From Ignicoccus hospitalis KIN4/I (GTDB lineage: Archaea > Thermoproteota > Thermoprotei_A > Sulfolobales > Ignicoccaceae), in assembly GCF_000017945.1 (NCBI RefSeq), contig NC_009776.1, forward strand, positions 480,001 to 512,000: 32,000 nt of DNA. The letters run 5' to 3'. Below, one piece after another: positions 1 through 8,857 of this stretch (its first letter is position 1; each line of letters starts with the position of its first letter). The notes below the pieces were generated by a model, which was given only the letters and a program-made list of their open reading frames with translations, had not been told where the DNA came from and searched no databases. The translations under genes were made by a program, and so were the position numbers.

Positions 1-2
1 CC

Positions 3-665
3 GCGCTGGCCGCACCGGCCTTGATTCTCAATTCTAGGAGGAAGGTCCTTTGGCTGTTAGGCTTCATAATAGCGATTTCGCCCTCCCTGTACTTCTTACT
101 GACCGAGCCAAAAACCTTCTTATCGTGTACCTTGCTCTTCCACACGAACAGGAACATGGGGGACGTTAACTATTACCCCAGCTTCATGGGGAACCCCGTC
201 GACTTGTTGTGGTGGGGCAAGGTCGGCAGCGCGGCGGAGGTGGTGCTGACCCTCCTGACGTATTACTTGGTGTGGAAGCTCAGACCGTCTCCGGAGGTCG
301 CTGCGGCAACAGTACTAGTCCCCTACTTGCTCTTCAACCGCCTGGTCTCACCGCAGCACTACTTGACTTTTGCGACTTTAGTGTTGCTCTCCGGGGACAA
401 GAGGACTTACGGCCTCTTGAGCTTGTTAATATTGCTCCACGTGAACTTAGTGAGGCCCACCGCCTTCTACTTGGCCTACCACTGGCTGAGCGCTGAGGTC
501 GCCTTGAGCTACTTCTCCTACGACCCTACCGGCGTGTTGAACCTAATAGTTACCAGCGTAACCCCCTCAGTGATATGGCCGTTCCTCTTCCCCACCTTGG
601 CGGGGGTCCTAACGCTCTATTACTACAAGTCGTTGAGCCTTAGGGGTAGTAAGTGGAGGTCGTAG
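3..665 (+). CDS. Hydrophobic multi-pass membrane protein, probably truncated by the left window edge (possible glycosyltransferase-like C-terminal part)
   Basis: Supplied ORF starts at a TTG at 21, but the frame stays open to the window edge (ALAAPALILNSRRK...). Several TM-like segments; family assignment is weak. Confidence 0.6.
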   Translation, partial: ALAAPALILNSRRKVLWLLGFIIAISPSLYFLLTEPKTFLSCTLLFHTNRNMGDVNYYPSFMGNPVDLLWWGKVGSAAEVVLTLLTYYLVWKLRPSPEVAAATVLVPYLLFNRLVSPQHYLTFATLVLLSGDKRTYGLLSLLILLHVNLVRPTAFYLAYHWLSAEVALSYFSYDPTGVLNLIVTSVTPSVIWPFLFPTLAGVLTLYYYKSLSLRGSKWRS

Positions 666-1420
666 TCTCCTTCAAGCCCGACGAGAGGGCCAGGGAGTTG
701 GCGGAGAGGGTAGCGAGGGGGCTGGAGGGAGCGGGGGTCAAGGTGAGGTGGTTCCCGGAGGCAGACCCTTGTGCGGCAGACGGCTTGGTGGTGGTCGGAG
801 GCGACGGCACGCTGCTCTACACCCTCTCCAAGGCCCCTTGTGAGACTCCACCAGTGATGACCGTTAGGGCCGGGAGGAGGGCCTTCTTGCTGGACGTGGA
901 GCCAAGGGAGGTGGAGGAGGCGGTCAGAAAGTTCGTAAGGGGGGAGTACCAGCTAGAAGAACACAAGAGGCTGGAGGTCGACGGACACTTCGCGCTCAAC
1001 GAGTTCGCGGTCCTCAGCAAGTGGAGGAGGGTCACTAAGTTGAACGTCGAAGTGTCTGGATATTCTGTCTACGAGGGGCTGGAGGGAGACGGAATAATAG
1101 TTTCCACCACCTTGGGCTCCTCCGCCTACGCCCTGAGCGCGGGGGGACCCATAGTGGACCCGAGGGCGGAGGTCCTGCTGCTGGTGCCGGTCAACCCCAT
1201 CCAGCTCGACGCGAGGGCAGTAGTCCTTCCCAAGGACTCTGAAATAAAGGTGAAAATTGTTTACAACACTAAAGAAGTAGTAACGCTGTTGGACGGTATA
1301 GTCGAGTTGACGGGGGAGGAGTTCGTAATTTCGCTCACGGGGCCTAAGGTTAGGTTCGCGCGGTTTAGGAGGGAGAACTTTTATAGAAGGCTTATAGAGC
1401 TTAGGTCGTTTAAGGCCTAG
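653..1420 (+). CDS. nadK: NAD kinase
   Basis: VVVGGDGTLLYT motif near the N-terminus and DGIIVSTTLGSSAYALSAGGPIVDP, both typical of NAD kinases; overlaps the upstream ORF by 13 nt. Confidence 0.93.
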   Translation: MEVVVSFKPDERARELAERVARGLEGAGVKVRWFPEADPCAADGLVVVGGDGTLLYTLSKAPCETPPVMTVRAGRRAFLLDVEPREVEEAVRKFVRGEYQLEEHKRLEVDGHFALNEFAVLSKWRRVTKLNVEVSGYSVYEGLEGDGIIVSTTLGSSAYALSAGGPIVDPRAEVLLLVPVNPIQLDARAVVLPKDSEIKVKIVYNTKEVVTLLDGIVELTGEEFVISLTGPKVRFARFRRENFYRRLIELRSFKA

Positions 1421-1430
1421 GCTAAGGGCT

Positions 1431-1778
1431 GTGGAAGCGTCTATAGTTTTGATAGCCCACGGCAGCAAGAACAAGAACTTCTATAGGATGGTAAACAACG
1501 TAGCAAGGATGCTAGAGGAGAAGGTCGGGAAGAAGGTCTACGTAGGCTACCTAATGGGAGAGCCCAGCGTGGAGGAGGCGGTCAAGGAGGCCCCGGGCGA
1601 CCTAGTAGTTGTGGTACCGTTCTTCATATCTGAGAGCAGCCACGTGGTGCGGGACGTCCGGGAGAGGGTTATGAAGGTCTCGAACGGGAAGAAGGTAGTC
1701 TTCGCCAAGCCTTTGGGGGACCACCCCTTAGTGGTGGAGGTGCTTTACTCCCGCTATTTAGAGGCCTTGGGAGAATGA
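1431..1778 (+). CDS. cbiX: CbiX-like sirohydrochlorin cobaltochelatase/ferrochelatase, small archaeal form
   Basis: IVLIAHGSKNKNFY start, GYLMGEPSVEEAV and VVVPFFISESSHVVRDV are characteristic of short CbiX-type chelatases. Confidence 0.85.
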   Translation: MEASIVLIAHGSKNKNFYRMVNNVARMLEEKVGKKVYVGYLMGEPSVEEAVKEAPGDLVVVVPFFISESSHVVRDVRERVMKVSNGKKVVFAKPLGDHPLVVEVLYSRYLEALGE

Positions 1779-2167
1779 TATACTCGTTCACGGCCAAGTT
1801 CCACGCGAACGTTCAAGCCCTCCACAAGGGCACGATAGAGGTCACTTGCGAGGAGCGCTTAACTCCCAGAGGGGACTGCGTGGTGCTCACCTCCTCCACC
1901 CACGACCCCTCGGAGCTGGCCCGGTCTTGTCCGGAGGGGAGGAGGGCGGCGTTCGTGGTGCTCACCCGCTTTGGCGGCTTCTGGGTGGAGGGGACTTGCG
2001 CGCCCGCCCAAGTGGGTTGTTCTTTCGTAATCAGGAAGAGCGAGACCAAGGCTCCTAGGACGTTGATGGTTAGGGCGGACAAGGGCGCAAGGGACTTGCC
2101 TAGGGACGTGATAAAGAGGGCTTCCCTCTGGGGGGCCAGGGCCTTGGCGTTATTGGTGGTATACTAG
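1775..2167 (+). CDS. DUF371 family protein
   Basis: FHANVQALHKGTIEVTCEERLTPRGDCVV..., with the internal ASRDLPRD-like region (KGARDLPRDVI), resembles the archaeal DUF371 family; 4-nt overlap with the upstream gene. Confidence 0.75.
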   Translation: MIYSFTAKFHANVQALHKGTIEVTCEERLTPRGDCVVLTSSTHDPSELARSCPEGRRAAFVVLTRFGGFWVEGTCAPAQVGCSFVIRKSETKAPRTLMVRADKGARDLPRDVIKRASLWGARALALLVVY

Positions 2168-3844
2168 GGAGGCGTGGAACAGAAGGGAGGCCAGAGCTAC
2201 CCCGAGCGTGAGGGCCACCACTACCACCCCTACCTTGAACCAGTCCCAGAACTTCACCGTCCTCCCGTGCCTCTCGAGTATGCCTAGGGCCACTATGTTG
2301 GCGGTACTCCCTATCAAAGTCATGTTGCCTCCCATGGTAGAGCCGTAGAGCAGCGCCCACCAGAGCACCTCGCCTCCTGGGAGGCCCACCTCTATCAAGG
2401 TCTTTACCACGGGGCTTAACGCAACTACCACCGGCATGTTGTCCAAGAAGGCAGACACCACCGCCGAAACGACCGCTATGGTTATGGCTAAGGTAACTGT
2501 GGACTCGAAGGTAAGCCCTCCCACCATCTGCACCAATGAGTAGGCCATCTTGTCGGTGACGCCCGTGTAGCTGAGCGCCGAAGCTATGGCGAACAAGAAC
2601 ATGAAGAAGAGTAAGGTCCACCACTCCACGCCCTTCTCTACCAACCTCCTCGGCTCCTCGTGGGTGAACATCAAGATCGCCGCCACCACGACCGGGCTGA
2701 AGACGAGCAAGGCGTCCGGGGGCACCTCCGCGTGGATGCTGACCTCCGACCCGACGCTCATGGCTGCGTACAAGTAAGCTAAGAACTGGTTCAAGGCCCC
2801 CGACAAGGGGGTGTGGAAGGCGATTAGGAGGAGCACGGCTATGAAGAAGGCCCAACCCCTCTTGAACCTCTTGAGCGCGGCCTCCACTTCTTCCGCCTCC
2901 TTACCCGTCAGCTTGCCGGACTTGTAGGCCTCGTAGAGCTCTGAGCTTATGCCCAAGGCGCTCCACTCATCCAAGCTTATCATGGACCCTTTCTCCCTCA
3001 GCTTCTTGAAGAGACCAGTCTTGGAGAGCCAGACTAAGGCTATTGGAAGGAGCGTGAGCAACGCTAAGAGGCTCCCGGGGGTGGCCCACTCCAAGAAGTC
3101 CTCGAAGCTCTTGCCGGACTGGAGGGCTATGTAAATGCCTATGGGGTTCCCTATCATGGTGGCCGAAGAGCCTATGTTGGTTGCCATAACCGAGTATATC
3201 ACGAGTGGGATGGGGTTCAGCTCGAGCATGGAGGCTATGGATATAACTACCCTAGTTACGAACACTATGCTCGTCACTTCGTCCACTAAGGCCGCCATTA
3301 TCCAGCTCAAGAACCCGAGTATCGCCACGAAGCGGAGCGGTTGGAACTTGCTGGCCTTCACCAGCTTGACGGTTATCCACCCCAAGACCCCGCTCTCGTT
3401 TAAGTACTCTACTATGATCATCATTGATATCAAGAACAGTATCAATCCCAGCTCCATGTGTTCCAGTATCATCTCGAAGGGGGCGGTCCCCAGGAACAAC
3501 AAGAGCGCGACTCCGATCATCACGAAGCTGAGCCTCTTGTTCCAGAACATCAGCGTCCCGAGTATCGCGGCTACGAATGACGCCGTGGCCAGCGCCTCGC
3601 TGAAGGCAACCACGGTGGAGTTTAGGTCGACCTCACACTCCTCTAAGGCTTTGTGATAGTCGAACCCGTGCTCCCTTATTACGTTTATCCACTCGCAATG
3701 TTTCATCTTAAAGTTTACGAGTATTTTCTCGACGACGTCCTTCAGAGGGCCCTCGGGTTCTACCTTCAGCGTGCTGAAGGCGACGAAGGATATTACGAAG
3801 GTTGCCGTTACGGCTACTATCAAGATCAATAAGTTTCTGTTCAA
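2150..3844 (-). CDS. ArsB/NhaD-type ion transporter superfamily permease
   Basis: About 12 TM segments; GVLGWITVKLVK, ATNIGSSATMIGNPIG and DNMPVVVALSPVV are typical of the ArsB/NhaD/CitMHS superfamily. Confidence 0.85.
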   Translation of the reverse strand: MNRNLLILIVAVTATFVISFVAFSTLKVEPEGPLKDVVEKILVNFKMKHCEWINVIREHGFDYHKALEECEVDLNSTVVAFSEALATASFVAAILGTLMFWNKRLSFVMIGVALLLFLGTAPFEMILEHMELGLILFLISMMIIVEYLNESGVLGWITVKLVKASKFQPLRFVAILGFLSWIMAALVDEVTSIVFVTRVVISIASMLELNPIPLVIYSVMATNIGSSATMIGNPIGIYIALQSGKSFEDFLEWATPGSLLALLTLLPIALVWLSKTGLFKKLREKGSMISLDEWSALGISSELYEAYKSGKLTGKEAEEVEAALKRFKRGWAFFIAVLLLIAFHTPLSGALNQFLAYLYAAMSVGSEVSIHAEVPPDALLVFSPVVVAAILMFTHEEPRRLVEKGVEWWTLLFFMFLFAIASALSYTGVTDKMAYSLVQMVGGLTFESTVTLAITIAVVSAVVSAFLDNMPVVVALSPVVKTLIEVGLPGGEVLWWALLYGSTMGGNMTLIGSTANIVALGILERHGRTVKFWDWFKVGVVVVALTLGVALASLLFHASLVYHQ

Positions 3845-3957
3845 CTAGTACCCCGTAGGTCGCGTAAGGGGGCTCGTATTAAAGGGGCTTTTCGAGGAGC
3901 TCGGCTACCCCGGAGCGCTTGCCCTCACCCCTTCGGCGAGCACGACTCACCTCATCG

Positions 3958-4776
3958 CTAGGGCAAGTACGCGGGGGAGTTAACTACCTCCGCCACCACC
4001 GGGCGGCCGTGCTTGGAGAGGGCCTCGTAGACGTCCTCGACCTTGTCCCGGTCGGCAAGAGCCACGTAGGAGGGCCCGTTGCCGCTGACGGAGGCCGCGA
4101 GGGCGCCGGCCCTCAAGGCGTCCAGCACCGGCCCTTGAGGGTAGCCCAGAGCGCCGGCCACCAAGAAGCCGTTTAAAGTCATCGCGCCGTACAAATCACC
4201 TGCCTTCAACATCTCATAAACCTTCAAGAACTCCCTCTTGAGCAGCCTTAGCCTCTCGGCTACCTCCCCGTAGCTCAACCCCCTCCCTCCCCTTGGTAGT
4301 ACTATCGCCCTCAAGCCCTCGAGAGGTCTCCTCTCCTCCACGACCATTTCCTTGTTGTCGGTAATTACCAACCCCCCTAACATGCTAGCCGCCGCGTCGT
4401 CGAAGGCCCCGGTAACGGTGACGCCGGCCCTCTTAGCCGCCTCGACGGAGAGCTTGAGGGCGTAGTAGGGAGAGGGCCTCATGCCGCAACGCTCGAAGAG
4501 GGCTAGCGTTGCGGCGTTGGCGACCGCTGAGGAAGACTTAAGGCCTCCCGCAGGGGGGACCTCGCTTTTAACCACGAAGGTTACCTCCCCGGGGTCACAG
4601 ACTTGCTCTTTGAATACTTCGTAAACACTCCTTAACAGCTTGTTATCAATTCTCTTCCCTTCAACTACCTTAACCTCCACTTTCAGCGATATCGCGAAGG
4701 CAGCTCCTTTCCACGAGGCCACGGCGTTAAGCGCGCTCCCGCCGGCGTAGGCGAACGGCAACTCGCTCTCCAGCAC
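3958..4776 (-). CDS. aroK: Archaeal shikimate kinase (GHMP superfamily)
   Basis: PPAGGLKSSSAVANA GHMP ATP-binding motif, VTGAFDDAAASMLGG and SGNGPSYVAL; the arrangement is specific to archaeal-type shikimate kinase. Confidence 0.88.
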   Translation of the reverse strand: MLESELPFAYAGGSALNAVASWKGAAFAISLKVEVKVVEGKRIDNKLLRSVYEVFKEQVCDPGEVTFVVKSEVPPAGGLKSSSAVANAATLALFERCGMRPSPYYALKLSVEAAKRAGVTVTGAFDDAAASMLGGLVITDNKEMVVEERRPLEGLRAIVLPRGGRGLSYGEVAERLRLLKREFLKVYEMLKAGDLYGAMTLNGFLVAGALGYPQGPVLDALRAGALAASVSGNGPSYVALADRDKVEDVYEALSKHGRPVVAEVVNSPAYLP

Positions 4777-4831
4777 ATATAAAACGTTCAGTTAAATAGC
4801 TAGGTCCCGGCGCTTTTGGCGGGACTTCGGA

Positions 4832-6262
4832 ATGTCGCTCAGCTTGAACGAGCTGTGGAACGTCGACTTGCGGAAGAGGGTCAACTCGCTCTCGGTCTCC
4901 GAGGACGGCAAGGTGCTGGCGGCGTGTGACGACGGCTGCGCCTACCTGATAGAGAACGGAAGAGTACTCAAGAAGGAGTGCGAGAGGGGCTCCTCCGCTG
5001 CGACCCACTACAAGGACGGCTTATTTGCGGTCGCCTACAAGAACGGCGTCCTCAAGATATTGACCCCCGATGGGAGTATAAAGGCCGAGATAAAGGTGGG
5101 AAGGTACAACGAGGCAATAGCCATAATAAACGACAAAAGCGTGGTGGCTTGTTCCGACGCGTGCGTGAAGTTCAATTTCGACGGAGAGAGGGGGTGGCAC
5201 TACGACATAGGGGGCGTAGGTAAGAACGTCGACGTGGAGAACAACACGATCTACGTCCCCGACCACATATGGAGAAAGGTGCACGAAGTAGACGCGATAA
5301 GCGGGAAGGGGGAGGAGTTCTGCTCGTGCAAGGAGAAGGTCTACAGCGTGGACCGAGAGGGCGACCTCACGGCCGTCGGGACCACGAAGTCGTTGATAGT
5401 GTTTAGGGGTAGAGAAAAGGTGTGGGAAAGGGAAGTTGGGACGCACGTAACGCTAGTGAGGGTAGTAGGTGACATTATATTTGCTTCAAATATGGGCTCC
5501 CAGAGCCTAAGGGCTTACGACATAAACGGCGCCGAGGCGTTGAACATAGAGCTCGAGGGGAGGCCAACGGCGCTGGACGCCAGGGGCAAGTACTTGGCCG
5601 TGGGCTTCTTCGACGGGAAGGTGAAGGTCTACCAGCTCCCCACGGAAACCGAAGAGGAAAGGGCGGAAGAGGCAGAGGTAAAAGAGGTAGAGGAAGCGAA
5701 GGAAGAGGTCAAGGAGACCCTCCCGGGGCTGGGTGAGATCAAAAGCGTAGCGGAGGGCTCTTACATGGGTACTCCCTTAGCGAAGGAGATACTTGAAGAA
5801 ATAGAGAACATCACGGAGACCATGGAAGGAGCCAAGAACGCGGGCGACCTCATAGCTTCCGTAATAGCGAGGGTTGAGAAACTAACATCCGTCGCCTCCT
5901 CGGACTGGAAGCAAGTCTACGCGAACTACGAAGAGGCGGAGAGGTTGTTGGAAGATACCTTAAACGTGATAAACGAGGTAAAGGAGAGGATCGGAGAGGT
6001 TGAGAGCTGTCCCCCGCCGGAAAAGCTAATAGAAATACTGAAGATGAAGAGTCCAAAGGAGTTCACCGCCGCGCTGGCCGAGCTAGCGGAGGGCGGGGAG
6101 GTGGCGGAGAGGGTCAAGAAGGGCGTACAGCTGTTGAAGAGGTGCTTAGAGAGGTACTACTTGTTGCCGAGCTCGGAGGAGGTGCAGAAGCTCGAGGCGA
6201 AGTTGAAGGAAGTGAAAGAAGAAAAAGAAGCGATAAAAGCGTTGATTGAGAGCGGCCTCTAG
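4832..6262 (+). CDS. WD40/PQQ-like beta-propeller protein with C-terminal coiled-coil region
   Basis: Repeated motifs such as VNSLSVSEDGKVLAACDDGCAYLIENG and LDARGKYLAVGFFDGKVKVYQLP, then a Glu/Lys-rich helical tail (EEERAEEAEVKEVEEAKEEVKE...). Confidence 0.75.
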   Translation: MSLSLNELWNVDLRKRVNSLSVSEDGKVLAACDDGCAYLIENGRVLKKECERGSSAATHYKDGLFAVAYKNGVLKILTPDGSIKAEIKVGRYNEAIAIINDKSVVACSDACVKFNFDGERGWHYDIGGVGKNVDVENNTIYVPDHIWRKVHEVDAISGKGEEFCSCKEKVYSVDREGDLTAVGTTKSLIVFRGREKVWEREVGTHVTLVRVVGDIIFASNMGSQSLRAYDINGAEALNIELEGRPTALDARGKYLAVGFFDGKVKVYQLPTETEEERAEEAEVKEVEEAKEEVKETLPGLGEIKSVAEGSYMGTPLAKEILEEIENITETMEGAKNAGDLIASVIARVEKLTSVASSDWKQVYANYEEAERLLEDTLNVINEVKERIGEVESCPPPEKLIEILKMKSPKEFTAALAELAEGGEVAERVKKGVQLLKRCLERYYLLPSSEEVQKLEAKLKEVKEEKEAIKALIESGL

Positions 6263-7881
6263 CGGTCCATCTCCGCGACACACGTGTCGAGAGATATGTA
6301 GAACGCTAGGAAGTCTTGTAAGAGAAGTCCCTTCCCTAGGTACTTCAAGCTCATCGTGTGTACGAAGACCGGGGACCTCATGTGTACCCTCCACGGCCTG
6401 GTCCTCCACTTGGGGTCGGAGGGGTTGGCCACCAACAAGATCCCGTTCTCTCCCCTGGGGCTGTCGTGGTAGCCGTAAGCTATTCCGGGCTTGCGCGGGA
6501 ACGGCGGGACCCTCTTCAAGTGCGTGCCGAGCTCGTTCTGCCCCCTCTCAGTCAGCTCCCTTAGGACTTGCCTAATTATCTTCAAGCTCTGGCGTATCTC
6601 CTCGAACCTGACCAGCATTCTGTCCAAGTTGTCCCCTACGCTCCCGACCGCCCCCTCGAAGTCTATCCCGTCGTCGTAGCCTCCGTAGGGCTTGTTTATC
6701 CTCAAGTCCCAAGCTACCCCGGAGGCCCTTAGGTTAGGCCCGCTCCAGCCGTACTTTATGGCGTCCTCGGCGCTCACTTGCGCTACCCCCTCGGCCCTCA
6801 TGGCTACCGTGGGGTTGTCTAAGGTTGTTTCAATTAACTTCTCGAAATGCTTGTGGAACCTGGCAACGACCTTCTCGTACACGTCCTTAAACCCTTGGGG
6901 GAGGTCAAAGGCGACCCCGCCGGGCCTCAAGTAGTTGAAGGTCATCCTCTGGCCAGTCAACATTTCTAGCAAGTTGATGAAGACTTCCCTGTCCCTAACG
7001 GTCCAAGCGAAAGCAGTTAGGTGGTTCACGTTCTCGGCGAAGGAACCTATGTAGAGCAAGTGGGACTGTATCCTGCTCAGCTCGGCCGCCAGAATCCTCA
7101 ACAGCTGTGCCCTCCTATCGACCTTAACGTCCATTATCTCTTCCAAGGCCATTACGTAGGGCCACTCCCAGCCTATGCCGTCTATGTAGCATTGCCTGTC
7201 CAACAGCGGTATTACCTTTAAGTACTCCTTCTGCTCGTAGATCCACTCCACGCCCCTGTGGACGTAGCCCAAGCGAGGTATGACGTCCTCTACTATCTCT
7301 CCCTTCAAGCCTAACAAGAAGCCCACGGGCCCGTGGGTGGCCGGGTGCTGGGGGCCCACGTAGACGTACGTTAGGTCCTCCCTCAGCCCCTCCCTCTCTT
7401 GGTCAGTGCCCTCTATCTCGGCCCAGTTGACCTTCGGCAAGTCCTTGTAGCCCCCGGAGTCCTTCAGCAACGGGAAGCGGTCCTTCGGGAAGAGCCTCGG
7501 GTCCTCGCTGAGCAACAGCTTCCTTATCCTTCCCCACCTCTCGTAGTCGGGGTGGCCGGTGAAGTTTATCCCGAACATCTCGTACGTCTCGTTCTCGTGC
7601 CACTCCACGCCAGGGTACAAGGAGCTCAGGCTGGGCAGCTCCCTGTTCTCCCTGTCCACCTTTGTGCTGAGGACTACCGAGCTGGCGTCCCTTATTCTGT
7701 GAACTAAGAAGAACACTTGCACCTTCTTCTCGGCGGGCCAGTCCACGGCCGTTAACATAGAGGGGAACAAGTAGCCTTGGTCCTTCAGCCTCGCCGCGTT
7801 CTCGTACCAGTACTGGGGCTCTACCTCGACGTATAGGGCGTTGCTCCACTCCTTCCTCTCGACCTCACCCACGAAGTTCAT
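6259..7881 (-). CDS. nuoCD: Fused NuoC-NuoD-type subunit (30 kDa/49 kDa) of a complex I-like oxidoreductase
   Basis: N-terminus has the NuoC signature WHENETYEMFGINFTGHPD; then GPQHPATHGPVGFLL, YVHRGVEWI, RILAAELSRIQSHLLYIG and RPGGVAFDLP of NuoD. No CxxC pairs typical of NiFe hydrogenase large subunits. Confidence 0.92.
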   Translation of the reverse strand: MNFVGEVERKEWSNALYVEVEPQYWYENAARLKDQGYLFPSMLTAVDWPAEKKVQVFFLVHRIRDASSVVLSTKVDRENRELPSLSSLYPGVEWHENETYEMFGINFTGHPDYERWGRIRKLLLSEDPRLFPKDRFPLLKDSGGYKDLPKVNWAEIEGTDQEREGLREDLTYVYVGPQHPATHGPVGFLLGLKGEIVEDVIPRLGYVHRGVEWIYEQKEYLKVIPLLDRQCYIDGIGWEWPYVMALEEIMDVKVDRRAQLLRILAAELSRIQSHLLYIGSFAENVNHLTAFAWTVRDREVFINLLEMLTGQRMTFNYLRPGGVAFDLPQGFKDVYEKVVARFHKHFEKLIETTLDNPTVAMRAEGVAQVSAEDAIKYGWSGPNLRASGVAWDLRINKPYGGYDDGIDFEGAVGSVGDNLDRMLVRFEEIRQSLKIIRQVLRELTERGQNELGTHLKRVPPFPRKPGIAYGYHDSPRGENGILLVANPSDPKWRTRPWRVHMRSPVFVHTMSLKYLGKGLLLQDFLAFYISLDTCVAEMDR

Positions 7882-8501
7882 CTCTTCTCACCCGCCTTTC
7901 TGTTGTTGTAGGCATAACGGAGCATGGGGTCCACGACCTTCTTGTCCGAGCCCTCCTCGTCGTGTAGGCGATAACGCGTGAGGGGCGCCCTCGCGAGGTC
8001 CCCTTCGTTTATCAACTCCTCCATCTTCAGTATCGCCCTCAACAACCCCTCCGGCCTGGGCGGGCAGCCGGCCAAGTTGACCACGTGGACGTCCTTCCGG
8101 TACTCCTCCGGCAAGCTCTCTATTACCTCGTGAATGCCGTCCAAGACGTAGTCGCTCTGCCACCACGGGCCGCCGTTGATGGCGCACTCCCCCATAACTA
8201 TGACGAAGCGCGGGCCCGGGGTTTGCATGAAGAGCCTTCGGAGCCTCTCGGCGAGTTTTCTGTTCACCGGGCCGTTGATCAGTATCACGTCCACTTGCCT
8301 CGGGGTCGCCCTAGCGAGCACGCCGAGCCTCTCGAAGTCGTGGAAGGCGAAGGCCGCTTGCATCATCTCTATTGCACAACACATTATGCCTAGGTGCAGC
8401 AACCACAAGCTGTTCCTGCGGCTCCACTTGAGCGCCTCCTTCACGGGGGCGCTCTTCTTTATCAATTCGCGAGAGACCTTCTTGAACCTCATCGCGTCCA
8501 C
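7878..8501 (-). CDS. nuoB: NuoB-like subunit (20 kDa, 4Fe-4S)
   Basis: GIMCCAIEMMQAA, VIVMGECAINGGPW and VVNLAGCPPRPEGLL are canonical NuoB/PSST motifs. Confidence 0.93.
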   Translation of the reverse strand: MDAMRFKKVSRELIKKSAPVKEALKWSRRNSLWLLHLGIMCCAIEMMQAAFAFHDFERLGVLARATPRQVDVILINGPVNRKLAERLRRLFMQTPGPRFVIVMGECAINGGPWWQSDYVLDGIHEVIESLPEEYRKDVHVVNLAGCPPRPEGLLRAILKMEELINEGDLARAPLTRYRLHDEEGSDKKVVDPMLRYAYNNRKAGEKR

Positions 8502-8857
8502 CTCATTATCCCTATTTTCCTTAACCAGACCAGCCCAACAACCAAGCTGAAGTACAACAATCCTATGCCTATCAACGTGTTGGGCTTGGGACTCCCGGAG
8601 GCGGCGAGGGCGAGTATGCTAGCTACCTCAGCCACGAAGAAGGCCACCAAGTAGGGGTAGAAGTTGACGGTGTAGTTGACGCTCTGGGGGTCGCCTATGG
8701 TGAGTTCTCCGCACTCGTAGCTCTCGAACTTGTCGGGGTGAGGGGGAGTCTTGTCCTCCAGAAGCTTGTTTATGAGAAGCGAGGCGCCCTCTACGAGGCC
8801 GCCGACGACCATGGCGACAGCCACTACGGTGAAGGCGACGGCGCCGGGCTCGATCAT
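8489..8857 (-). CDS. nuoA: NuoA-like subunit
   Basis: About 120 aa, 3 TM segments and the YECGE motif; located between nuoB and nuoM on the same strand. Confidence 0.88.
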   Translation of the reverse strand: MIEPGAVAFTVVAVAMVVGGLVEGASLLINKLLEDKTPPHPDKFESYECGELTIGDPQSVNYTVNFYPYLVAFFVAEVASILALAASGSPKPNTLIGIGLLYFSLVVGLVWLRKIGIMRWTR

